64,000 nt of DNA from Verrucomicrobiota bacterium (GCA_049510745.1 JBEKYR010000022.1:19591-83590), one strand, 5' to 3'; counted from the first letter of the stretch, positions 19,624 to 29,307 are shown. A program made the numbers and translations. The notes: generated by a model not told the origin, from the sequence alone.

Positions 19624-20805
19624 CTATTTGGTTATTGTTCTATCTCTATTAAGTTCAGCGCCGATCAACGCTGTCACAGCATCATCAATTGCTTTTTTGT
19701 ACTTGTCGCCAGGCCCAACTTTTTCAGGTGCAATCCCATTGATACGAGTGAAAACGTCTTGCCAGCCAGAAGAACCATCCACTCCAACGGACCCTACATC
19801 GCAACTTATTGTCAAGACATCTTCCATATTCCTAAAATTGCTGTGAAAAATGACACTAAACTTCCAATTAACATTTGTGCGGAGATTAAGTTCTTCAACG
19901 GCGATGTTTGTCTCTGTTTCCCAGTCAATCACAAGCGGCAGTCCGTGATAATTCTCTTCCAGTGAATCCATTTTTAATTTTGCGACATTGTCCATTGCTG
20001 TGTTCAAAGCGGTGATAGCATATTGAAAAGCAGCGACATGTTCTTGATGGTTGAAGTGAAATGTTCTTATTTGTTTGTCATGGTCGAGCTGGATCGTTGC
20101 ACGCTTATCTCGATATTTTCCAATCATGCCTTCTTCCCAAGTTTTCAAATTCGTGCTTTCGGATTTTATGTCTTGCAAGCGTCTATCAACATCAATAACG
20201 TTGTTCCGTAAATCTGGCGAAGCCAACGGATTGTTTGCGATTGCGTCTCGAATCCCTTGCTCTGTCGCGGAAAGATTACTAATAAGCATATCCTGAACGT
20301 CTATTCTTTCCATGAGCTTTTTTTCTCCCGCGCTTATAGGCGGCGGGGAATGTTGTTTGCGATATTGACCGGCAATGCCGTGCCGACTAAGCATAGAAAT
20401 GCTTCCCCATATAGCTATAATGGCAAATATACGGATGCCGATATTTACCCGTTTTATACGCAGCCAAATCCAAATAGCATGAGATGCAAAACAAAGAGCC
20501 GCACCCCAACAAATACATGCGCCTACAATGCTTGATTCCAGTCCACTCATTGCATATCCTTGGGCAACAAGGGCCGAAATAACTGCAAAAAGCAAATCTC
20601 TCGTATATGGCCCCAAGCCAGTCCCAGGGGTGGTTCGTTCACCTTGCGGCTCCGGTGAATTATTTGGCGCTGGCGCGGTGGGGGCTGGCGTTGTTGGTGG
20701 CGCTGGCGGTGCGGTGCTTGATGGCCCGGAAGTTGCCTGAGCATCAGGCGCGCTTGGTCTGCCCAAGAGCTTGTCTTCTTCACCCATAAAGCCCAAGATT
20801 GACAT
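19624..20805 (-). CDS. Hypothetical membrane protein, markedly lower GC than flanks
   Basis: 393-aa ORF: Pro/Thr-rich N-terminus, ~3 hydrophobic helices, coiled-coil-like middle; AT-rich codons. Confidence 0.65.
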   Translation of the reverse strand: MSILGFMGEEDKLLGRPSAPDAQATSGPSSTAPPAPPTTPAPTAPAPNNSPEPQGERTTPGTGLGPYTRDLLFAVISALVAQGYAMSGLESSIVGACICWGAALCFASHAIWIWLRIKRVNIGIRIFAIIAIWGSISMLSRHGIAGQYRKQHSPPPISAGEKKLMERIDVQDMLISNLSATEQGIRDAIANNPLASPDLRNNVIDVDRRLQDIKSESTNLKTWEEGMIGKYRDKRATIQLDHDKQIRTFHFNHQEHVAAFQYAITALNTAMDNVAKLKMDSLEENYHGLPLVIDWETETNIAVEELNLRTNVNWKFSVIFHSNFRNMEDVLTISCDVGSVGVDGSSGWQDVFTRINGIAPEKVGPGDKYKKAIDDAVTALIGAELNRDRTITK

Positions 20806-20869
20806 GTGAAGTTCACGGCGTAAAGCTGAAAATTACTTATGTGGAGGGGATAATTCCGAAACTTTTTAT

Positions 20870-20913
20870 TTTAGCTCCGTTTTACTCCGTTTTAGTCCGT
20901 CTTACTCCGTTTT
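20870..20913. repeat. Four tandem ~10-bp repeats (TTTACTCCGT consensus) overlapping the DUF3486-like stop codon
   Basis: tttagctccgt tttactccgt tttagtccgt cttactccgt. Confidence 0.9.
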
Positions 20914-21600
20914 GGCTGGGTCAAAGCCGGCTTCTTTTGCGGCTTGGAGGAGGAGTTTGCGGTGTTGCAGGTTCATGGTTTCGGCGTTGGGGCCCGACCA
21001 GGTTTGGCTGACCGGGTCGAAGGTGTTGGCTTCCGCCGAGCCGGCGACGCCAAGGAGATCGTTGATGGATTCGTCTTGTTCGTCGTCGGTGAGGGGCCGG
21101 TCAAGGCAGGGCTGGCCGGCTGCGGCTGGGTGATGGAGGCGATGATGGAGGGCGACGGTGGCGAACTGGTAGCGGCGAAGGGAGGCGAAGCTGAGGCGGA
21201 ATTGGCGCCAAAGGTTGGCAAGCTGATCGGGGTCTGCGATGGCGTTCTGGGTTCGCTTCATTTGCGCGAGCATCTGTGAGGCAAAGAGAGTAGCCATGCG
21301 GTCAATCAAGCCGCCTTGCAGTTCCGTGAGTCTATCGGCGGGAAGTTGGTTGATGCGGTGGAACATATCCTGAGCCATGCGTTCGGCTTTCCATTCCTGG
21401 TGGCCGCCTGCGCGCCATTCGTTGAGGTTGTCTTCGGTAACGGGGCGGCCTTCAAAGTCCTGGTCGAGGATGGCTTTGACTGAGGGATCGGAGTTGAGCC
21501 AGTCGGCAATGGGTCTTGAGGGTTCGCCTTGTTGGAGGCGGGTGTTGACTTGTTCGCGGATGGCCAGCGGGAGCCGGGCGATTTTACCTATGCGTGACAT
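20902..21600 (-). CDS. DUF3486 / phage Mu gp27-like protein (candidate small terminase subunit, HTH N-terminus)
   Basis: MSRIGKIARLPLAIREQVNTRL...IADWLN...NLNEWR N-terminus; adjacent to terminase large subunit. Confidence 0.6.
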   Translation of the reverse strand: MSRIGKIARLPLAIREQVNTRLQQGEPSRPIADWLNSDPSVKAILDQDFEGRPVTEDNLNEWRAGGHQEWKAERMAQDMFHRINQLPADRLTELQGGLIDRMATLFASQMLAQMKRTQNAIADPDQLANLWRQFRLSFASLRRYQFATVALHHRLHHPAAAGQPCLDRPLTDDEQDESINDLLGVAGSAEANTFDPVSQTWSGPNAETMNLQHRKLLLQAAKEAGFDPAKTE

Positions 21601-21621
21601 AAGTTTCTTTGCAGGCAGATG

Positions 21622-23190
21622 TTACAAAAAATCGGAGTTTGGTTTTTGGGGGACGTAGTGGCGGTCGCGCATTCTCTCTTCTTCGAAGTGAGCGGCTGTG
21701 GGGATTATGCCGAGCGGGTACGGCCAGCCGTCGCCGTAAAGGGCGTGGTGGGGGTTGATATTGATGCCCGCCACGGAGACGGTGGCGCAAAGGTTCGTGG
21801 CCGCGCGCCAGGCGAGGGCGAGGGCGGTGCAGCGGTCGGCGTGGCCGTCGTCAGTGTGGGCGGCCCGATAGGAGACGTAACCGGAATTGGAGCAGACAAG
21901 GACAACGCTGTGGAGGTCTTCGCGGATGGCGCGGGAGACGGGGATACGGAGTTTATGTTTGGCGAAGGCGTCGCGCAGGTTGGCGAAGAGGGCGCATTTA
22001 ACGGGGGCGGTGAAGGAGAGGAGTTCAATTTTGCCGAATTTATGTTGAGGAGGATTCCATTGGCCGAAAAGCTTGACGAGGTAATCGCCCAGACCGATGC
22101 CAGGTCCGGTGTAATCAAAGCAAACGCGGTGGACGCGCCTGATTCTGCGGGAGAGAATATCGACCTGGTCTTGGGTGGGAGTTTTGGAGAGTTCAAGAAC
22201 TTCGACGGTGTGCTCGACGTCGCCCACAGTGGCGGTGGTCCAGGCGACGGTGAGGTTGCGTTTTCTGCCGAAATCGATGCCCATCTTGAGATTTGCGTTT
22301 ACAGATGTTTCCCAGAAATCGGGCGGACAGAAAGCGGTGGCATCGAGGCTTTCACATTGGGCGATGAGGTCGTAAGGGAGGAGGATGCTTTGGGCGTCGA
22401 GGAATAGGCATTCGAACTCCTGATCCCAGCCATCCGGGTCGTCGAGGGCGGATTTGAGGTCTGGAATGTGGATATCGAGGCCGTTGCGGACGGCTTCGCG
22501 GATGGGGACGAAATGGCAGGACCAGATGGGGGAAATAGTTGAAGTTTGAATTAGTGATTTGTTGAGTGGGGCAGTCAGTTTTCCCCCGGCATTCACTGAT
22601 TCACTAATTCTCACTTCACTAATTCGTTTGTAGTTCTTGATCCAGAGGTCGTGGGCTTTGTTGCCGATGCCGTTGGGGGTGGTGATGAGGCGGACTTTTT
22701 TGACGCCGCCGCGCAGGGGATTTGTGATGGCGGGGAGAATGGCGCGCCAGGTGGCGTCGGGGTTTTCGAAAAAGGCGAACTCAGAAAGAAGCACGTTGGC
22801 GCTGTAGCCGCGGACGGTGTCGGGCTTGCCGGGGACGGCGATCACGCGCGAACCCTTGGGAAAAGTGATAGTGGCCGAGTGGAGAAGGGCTTCCGGGCCG
22901 CCGTCGCGGTTCTCGTGATAGTTGTGGATGGCGGCATTGAAGGTATTGGCCCAGGACTTCCATTTTTCAAGGCTTTCAAGGGATTGTCGTTCGGAAGGAG
23001 CGGCAATGAGCCAGGTGGTGGGTTTGCGGGAGGCTTCGGCTTGGATGCAATCAAGGATGCCTTCGTAGGCTGCGGAGAAGTCTTTGCCGACCTGGCGAGC
23101 CATGAGGCCGAATTTCCAGCGAGAGGAGTCGTCCACCCATTTTTGCTGGTAGGGGAGGAGTTTTTTGCGGAGATTTGCGGTGATGGTCAT
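21622..23190 (-). CDS. Terminase large subunit, Mu gp28-like
   Basis: LLPYQQKW Q-motif, ARQVGKD Walker A, DTVRGYSANVLLSEFAF Walker B region, ITTPNG motif III, WDQEFEC, nuclease GIDFGR, FDYTG, GHADR. Confidence 0.9.
   Translation of the reverse strand: MTITANLRKKLLPYQQKWVDDSSRWKFGLMARQVGKDFSAAYEGILDCIQAEASRKPTTWLIAAPSERQSLESLEKWKSWANTFNAAIHNYHENRDGGPEALLHSATITFPKGSRVIAVPGKPDTVRGYSANVLLSEFAFFENPDATWRAILPAITNPLRGGVKKVRLITTPNGIGNKAHDLWIKNYKRISEVRISESVNAGGKLTAPLNKSLIQTSTISPIWSCHFVPIREAVRNGLDIHIPDLKSALDDPDGWDQEFECLFLDAQSILLPYDLIAQCESLDATAFCPPDFWETSVNANLKMGIDFGRKRNLTVAWTTATVGDVEHTVEVLELSKTPTQDQVDILSRRIRRVHRVCFDYTGPGIGLGDYLVKLFGQWNPPQHKFGKIELLSFTAPVKCALFANLRDAFAKHKLRIPVSRAIREDLHSVVLVCSNSGYVSYRAAHTDDGHADRCTALALAWRAATNLCATVSVAGININPHHALYGDGWPYPLGIIPTAAHFEEERMRDRHYVPQKPNSDFL
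22546..22626. repeat. REP-like inverted-repeat element inserted in frame inside the terminase gene
   Basis: Minus strand GAATTAGTGAA..GAATTAGTGAATCAGTGAA...TCACTAATTC; shares GAATKAGTGAATCAGTGAA with the intergenic element at 38207-38272. Confidence 0.65.
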
Positions 23191-23262
23191 AGGGGGGGTT
23201 GTTGGAGGGGCCCCGGCCGGTTGCCGATTTCCTTCACCGCATATTGGCGCTTTAGCGTCATG

Positions 23263-23323
23263 GTGTTATCCGATAACACATATTACGGGGTGATGTCAAG
23301 CGATAATCTGTTACTAAATAACA
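23263..23323 (-). promoter_or_regulatory. Putative terL promoter: TTGACA (23294-23299, minus strand) flanked by two TGTTA-N5-TAACA palindromes
   Basis: GTGTTATC-C-GATAACAC at 23263-23279 and TGTTA-CTAAA-TAACA at 23309-23323; the -10 element is weak. Confidence 0.6.
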
Positions 23324-23330
23324 ATTTTCA

Positions 23331-23655
23331 AAATGGACCCCGAAAGGGCTGAAGAAAGGGACGGAAAGGACCAAAAGGACAGACACGGACGGACACGGAC
23401 GGACACGGACGAATGGACCGCGGAATGGACCGCGAATAGGCTGAAAAAGGGAACGGAAGGGATGGGGATTATGATTACGATGAGGAAAAGGACGGAAGGG
23501 ACGGAAAGGGCCAATAGGACGGACACGGACGGACACGGACGGGCACGGACGGACACGGACGGGCACGGACAAATGGACCGCGAAAAGGCTGAAGAAGGGG
23601 ACGGAAAGGACGGGGATTACGATTACGATGAGGAAAAGGACGGAAGGGACGGAAA
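23331..23655. repeat. Purine-rich composite repeat tract with GGACACGGAC decamer arrays and duplicated ~40-bp blocks
   Basis: 3 decamers at 23381-23410, 5 at 23521-23570; AAATGGACC..GGCTGAAGAA..GGGACGGAAAGGA at 23331 and 23571; GGGGATTA.GATTACGATGAGGAAAAGGACGGAAGGGACGGAAA twice. Confidence 0.92.
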
Positions 23656-23671
23656 CAGGCGCTTTCGCACG

Positions 23672-23688
23672 TCGGCACGGCTAATGCT
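23672..23688 (+). promoter_or_regulatory. Candidate sigma-54 (-24/-12) promoter
   Basis: TCGGCACGGCTAATGCT: GG-N10-GC spacing and GGCACG core, just upstream of a small ORF with a GAGGAG SD. Confidence 0.55.
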
Positions 23689-23723
23689 CTCTCAATGGCA
23701 TGATATCAGTGAGGAGTCATCAA

Positions 23724-23894
23724 ATGGGGGCATCCGGGGTGATCCAGGCCGTGGGACTGGTGGCGCTGATTGGGTTCATCTACCGGCATTTCGGACCGCA
23801 GGCACAGGGGCCGGTGACGCCATCGGTCGTCGCCGTTATGGCCACCGGGGTGATTTTGTTGCTTTGGCCGATGAGCTTGAAGACAAGGCACTAA
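23724..23894 (+). CDS. Small (56 aa) two-helix membrane protein
   Basis: GAGGAG SD at 23711-23716; two hydrophobic segments and a basic tail (KTRH). Confidence 0.55.
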   Translation: MGASGVIQAVGLVALIGFIYRHFGPQAQGPVTPSVVAVMATGVILLLWPMSLKTRH

Positions 23895-23922
23895 CGCATG
23901 GGCGGGAATGTCCGGCGTGGGC

Positions 23923-25086
23923 CTATTTTTGCATTTCGGTCGCGTGATGGTATTCGATTAAACTAAAGAGCAAGGCTGCGACTCCAAAAAAGAGAAGCGG
24001 GGCGATAACCAGGGCGGCAATGGCGGTCGCCACGCCGCCGGGTTGCCAGTCATAAGTTCCCTGAAGTGCCGCATTGTGGGACAAGAGTGTCTTGATATGG
24101 CGCATGAGGGAGAGGGTGTTGATATTGGTGGGGATGCGGCCGATGCCCATTTCGACAATCGCGCCATAGACCAGGGCGGCGGCCATGAACCGGCTGGTGA
24201 CTTGTCCGAACAGCACGCCCAGCGCGCTCCAGGCCGGGATGGCCAGAAACTGGACCGCCAAGAGCAGCGGCAGCAGCGCGCCCAATGCGGGAATTTGCCG
24301 CGCCTCACCGACCGCGAACAGAAGGAGCGTTTCCAACAGGAGGAGGATTTCCAGCCAGGCCGTCTGCGCCAGGTACTTGGCCAGCAGGAGCCGCGCGCGG
24401 CTGACTGGGCGCGTGATGAGAAAACCGAGGGTGTCGGCCTGCAATTCATCGCGAATGAGCGCGCCGGACCCGCGCACGCAGGTCAGGGGCAGGATGATGA
24501 AAAAGTAGAAATCGACCAGCCAATGATAAAACGGGGCCGTCCGCCCCCAGGAAGGGGCCGGCTCGTTGAGGCGGGCGACGATGGCGGGGCGGTTTTTTTT
24601 CTCGAAATCCTGGAACTCGGCCAACTGCTTGGCGTTCAGCATCAGTTGCGCGCGGGTCACCATTCGTTCGCCGCAGGCGTCGATCTGGTCTTTGAGGCGT
24701 TGCGTCCTGGACTCGGCGCTTTCGCCCGGCTGCTCCTGAAAAGAATTCCCGGCCCGCGCGTATTCCTCGGCCAGGATGACTTTGAGCTGCGCCCTTTGTT
24801 GGGGGGAGAGCGGGAACCCCTTGCGGGCCAGGCGGCGGCCGAAACTGGTGACCTGGGCGCCGGCGTCGCCAAAGGCCAGTTGCCGCCGCGCCCAACTCGT
24901 CGGCGAGGCGGTCGTCAGCAGCACCAGGGCGGGCAGCACGAGCATCGCCCCCGCCAGCCCCGCCAGGCGCCGCCAGTTCCACTGCGCCTTCCACGTCAGC
25001 AGCCAGACGCCGCGCAGGACGGCGAAAAAGCCGGGAAGCGGCGGTGGGGGCGGAGGGGAGGGCGGGGAGGGCGGGCCGGGGTTCAT
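23923..25086 (-). CDS. ABC-2 type transporter permease
   Basis: LIRDELQADTLGFLITRPVSRARLLLAKYL motif; multiple TM segments. Confidence 0.85.
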   Translation of the reverse strand: MNPGPPSPPSPPPPPPLPGFFAVLRGVWLLTWKAQWNWRRLAGLAGAMLVLPALVLLTTASPTSWARRQLAFGDAGAQVTSFGRRLARKGFPLSPQQRAQLKVILAEEYARAGNSFQEQPGESAESRTQRLKDQIDACGERMVTRAQLMLNAKQLAEFQDFEKKNRPAIVARLNEPAPSWGRTAPFYHWLVDFYFFIILPLTCVRGSGALIRDELQADTLGFLITRPVSRARLLLAKYLAQTAWLEILLLLETLLLFAVGEARQIPALGALLPLLLAVQFLAIPAWSALGVLFGQVTSRFMAAALVYGAIVEMGIGRIPTNINTLSLMRHIKTLLSHNAALQGTYDWQPGGVATAIAALVIAPLLFFGVAALLFSLIEYHHATEMQK

Positions 25087-26009
25087 GCCGTGACCTTATC
25101 GTAGATGTTTTGCAGGGAACGGCTGCGGCCGCGAAGGCCGTAAATGGCGGCGCCGCTGGCCAGGAGCAGGCCGGTCCATTGCTCGTAGAACGAGGCGGCG
25201 TCGCGCACGCGGATGCGCAGGCGGCCATTCTCCGGGTCGAGGTCGAAGCCGGCCAAAACGCCGGCGTCGAAGAGACGGCGGAGGAGCATTTCCGGGGAGT
25301 CGCACTCGATCTCCAGTTCCTCGGACCAATTGCGGATGTCGGAGCGGATTTCTTTTTGACTGCCGGAGGCGAGGATGCGGCCCCAATTGAGCAGGAGGAT
25401 GCTTTTGCAGAGCGATTCCAATTCGGCCAGGATGTGGCTGGAGATGAGGATGCTGACGCCGGCGGAGGCGAGGTCCTTCAAGATGTGGGCGACTTCCTGG
25501 CGGCCCATCGGGTCCAGGCCGTTCATCGGTTCGTCCAGGACCAGGAGTTCGGGCCGGTGGAGCAGGCCCTGGGCGAGTTTGACGCGCTGTTTCATGCCCT
25601 TGGAATACTGGCCCATGCGCCTGCGCCAATGTTCGCGGGGCAAGTTCACCTCGTCCAGGACCGCTTCGGCGCGGGCGGCCGCCTCGCGGGGCGGGACGCC
25701 GGAGAGCAGCGCCAGGCCGCGCAGCCAATCTTTGGGCTGCAGGTCCTTGGGCACGGCCTCGCCTTCCGGGCAATAACCAATGCGCCGCAGCAAGGGGGGA
25801 TTGTTCCAAGGCCGCCCGCCAAAGACGGTCAGGGCGCCGGAACTGGGCTGAAGCTGGCCGGTAATGATTTGGATGAGGGTGCTTTTGCCAGCGCCATTGG
25901 GGCCGACCAAGCCGGTCAGGCCCGGCTGGACCTCGAAGCTGACGTTGTTCAGCCCCATGACGATGCCGTACCAGCGGCTCAATTCGTGCGCCTGGATGAG
26001 AGGGGTCAT
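25083..26009 (-). CDS. ABC transporter ATP-binding protein
   Basis: GPNGAGKST, YSKGMKQR, LVLDEP; real start MTPLIQA at 26009. Confidence 0.95.
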   Translation of the reverse strand: MTPLIQAHELSRWYGIVMGLNNVSFEVQPGLTGLVGPNGAGKSTLIQIITGQLQPSSGALTVFGGRPWNNPPLLRRIGYCPEGEAVPKDLQPKDWLRGLALLSGVPPREAAARAEAVLDEVNLPREHWRRRMGQYSKGMKQRVKLAQGLLHRPELLVLDEPMNGLDPMGRQEVAHILKDLASAGVSILISSHILAELESLCKSILLLNWGRILASGSQKEIRSDIRNWSEELEIECDSPEMLLRRLFDAGVLAGFDLDPENGRLRIRVRDAASFYEQWTGLLLASGAAIYGLRGRSRSLQNIYDKVTA

Positions 26010-26987
26010 TCGGGTGAAACACGTTCCACGACGACCCATCCGGCCAGGAGCAGCATCAACGCCAGCCCGGCCAGCGCGCCGCCCAGCATGGGATGATCCA
26101 GGGCGAACATGGTTTCGGGCCGGATGTTGCGGAGCATTTCCCCGAAAATGGGGATGTTGTCCTGCGCCGTTTTCAAATCGTTGCCAAGCCGGAAGGAGGC
26201 CAGGCCGATCTGCTTCAAATCGTAAGTGAAGCTCAGGTGGCGCAGCCACGGTTTGGTTTGGAGGGCGATCGGCTGGATGACCCCGCCCAGCACCCACCAC
26301 ATGAACCAGAGCGCCGGGGTGGATTTTTCCCGGCTGGAAACGGCGGACACCCCCAGGGCCAGCGCGCTGAGGATGACCATGCTGCTCAGGACGTAAAGGA
26401 GGGCGTGGGCCAGCGCCACCCGCGCGTGCCAGAAGAAGCGCCAATCCGGCGCCAGCAAATTGCCCACCAGCCAGGCGCCGCACACCGGCCCCAGCCACGT
26501 CAGCGTCAACAATCCGAACGCGACGCAGAATTTTCCCAGCAGATAATCGCCGCGCGTCACGGCCTTGGAGGCGTAAATGACCATGGCGTTGCTGGCCAAA
26601 TCGCGGGTGATCAGCGCCGGCATGGCCATGCCCAGGGCAAAAATGCTCAACGGCGTCGCATAGACGCAAAACAAATAGAAGAGAAGGTTCTGGGTCGTGC
26701 CGACGGAGATTTCCGGGTGATCTTGCAGCCACGACGTGAGCATCCGGGCGAAGGACTGGAGGCCGGGATTCAATTGCGCCACCCACTTGACCACCATGCT
26801 GTCGGCCACCAGCAGTTGTCCGACCAGAAAGAGGAGGGCGGCCATGGCCAAACCCGCCAGCCAAGAGAGGGCGATGACGTTGCGCATGGCTTTGTTCTGC
26901 AAGGCGGCGGCCAGGCCGTTGCGGGCAATGACCCAGCGGCGCGCCCAGATGCCGACGTGCGCGCCGTCCCAATGCTGGTAATGGGTG

Positions 26988-27001
<14 letters not shown>
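26006..27001 (-). CDS. ABC-2 type transporter permease
   Basis: LITRDLASNAMVIYASKAVTRGDYLLGKF; multiple TM segments. Confidence 0.85.
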
Positions 27002-27920
<919 letters not shown>

Positions 27921-28080
27921 GTTGCGCGGAGAATTTGGGAGCAAACCCGCGCTTTGGCCAGCGCAAAGTGACGCGGCGGAGCAACGCTGGCAGGCGGACT
28001 GGCCGGGAAGAGGAGCAGGATTAAGATGAGGAACCAAGACCGGCGCCGGGTCCCGGCGGCGGTGACGGTCGAGTCCGGTT

Positions 28081-29307
28081 CTACTGCGGGGGGGCGTTGG
28101 TGGAGTCGGGCAGCAATTCCAGGGGCGCGGCTTGCTCTTTCTTTTCTTCCTTCGAGTCTTCCGGCTTCTCCGCCTTCTTCTCGACCATGAGTTGCGCCCG
28201 GTCGCGAATAAGAGGATCAATCAGCCAGCCATTGACCAGGTAGGTCCACTGGCCCAGAGCCTGTTCGCGTTTGAGCTTGTCTTGCAGGGGCTTGTTCTTC
28301 TCCTGGAACTCCTTGTCCAGTTTCTTCTTGTCATCCGGCTTTTCGTCCTTGCCCGGCGTTCTCTCCGAGGGCAGGGCGCCGGCGACGCCCACCTTGAGGT
28401 GGTAATCGTTCTCCGGCGTTTTATTGCCGATGTCGAGCGTGTAGGTGAAATGATCGAAGGTCTCGATGCTCACGGCCAGCGGTTTGTCCATGCCGGTCTT
28501 GTCCGGGGCCGGGTCCGACGCCACATCGACAAAACTCGGGTAGCTCAGGGTGCCGGCGAGCGAAGCCACCTTGTTGGTGTCAAGAACCTCGCCGGGTTTG
28601 GGGTCGGCCAGAACCCAGGGGGCGGACTCGGACTCGCGGGTGAGTCTCCAGGAATTGGCCGCGTTGGTGGAAACGAACGCGATGGCCTGGGGTTTCTCGA
28701 CCTTGAAAAAGTCCTTGTCCAGCCATTCGGCCGGTTTGGGGTCCAGATTATTCAGGGGGTCCGAGACGGTGAGAAGGTCCTGGGGATCGGTTTTGAGCAT
28801 GACGTACCGTCCGTCGGGAAAGCCCTCGTCGCCAAAGCGCATGGGGGAGGGCCGCTCGGATTTCTGAACGTGTTTTTTGCCCAAAAGGAGCGATTGCAGC
28901 ACGTTGCCTTGGGCGTCCTTGAATTCGACCAGCACGCCCGAGTCGGGTCCGCGGCCCGGCTCGGCCAGGTGCATGCGGGCCAACTGCGCGGCGGCAATCG
29001 GCTCGGATTGGACGATTTTCAAATCGCTGATTTTGAGCAGCAGTTCGCTGATCTGGGAAAAATTGGCGGGATAATTGCCCTTCTCCAGCACGCACCAGCC
29101 CTCCGCTTTCCGAGCCAGGGTCAGTTCGCTCTCGCCCTTGAGATGAATGGCGGCGACGTCGTTGACCTGGAAATTCTGCAACAACTTTTTCCCGGTCTGG
29201 CCGCCGGGCGCGGACCAGGATTGCTCGTTGCGCCGGAGCAGAAGCAGGCACGCCCCGCCGATAAAGGCCAGGGCCACCAAAAGCAGGAACAATTGTTTGC
29301 GATTCAT
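28081..29307 (-). CDS. DUF4340-like periplasmic protein associated with Gld-type ABC systems
   Basis: N-terminal TM anchor, YPANFSQI, LLLGK, W.DK motif; follows the GldG-like gene. Confidence 0.7.
   Translation of the reverse strand: MNRKQLFLLLVALAFIGGACLLLLRRNEQSWSAPGGQTGKKLLQNFQVNDVAAIHLKGESELTLARKAEGWCVLEKGNYPANFSQISELLLKISDLKIVQSEPIAAAQLARMHLAEPGRGPDSGVLVEFKDAQGNVLQSLLLGKKHVQKSERPSPMRFGDEGFPDGRYVMLKTDPQDLLTVSDPLNNLDPKPAEWLDKDFFKVEKPQAIAFVSTNAANSWRLTRESESAPWVLADPKPGEVLDTNKVASLAGTLSYPSFVDVASDPAPDKTGMDKPLAVSIETFDHFTYTLDIGNKTPENDYHLKVGVAGALPSERTPGKDEKPDDKKKLDKEFQEKNKPLQDKLKREQALGQWTYLVNGWLIDPLIRDRAQLMVEKKAEKPEDSKEEKKEQAAPLELLPDSTNAPPQ

Noticed and set aside
23263..23323. Canonical Verrucomicrobia LexA box
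   Set aside because: Motif is TGTTA-N5-TAACA, not TGTTC-N4-GAACA; kept only as an unassigned operator
23331..23655. CRISPR array
   Set aside because: Units are contiguous 10-mers and duplicated blocks with no unique equal-length spacers; no cas genes in the window
19551..23900. Intact prophage or integrative element
   Set aside because: No integrase/transposase, portal, capsid or tail genes, no tRNA target and no att-like direct repeats seen
23258..23947. ORFs spanning the repeat tract (SVRVRPCP / RTDTDGHG proteins)
   Set aside because: Low-complexity translations of DNA repeats, open in several frames; unlikely to be real genes
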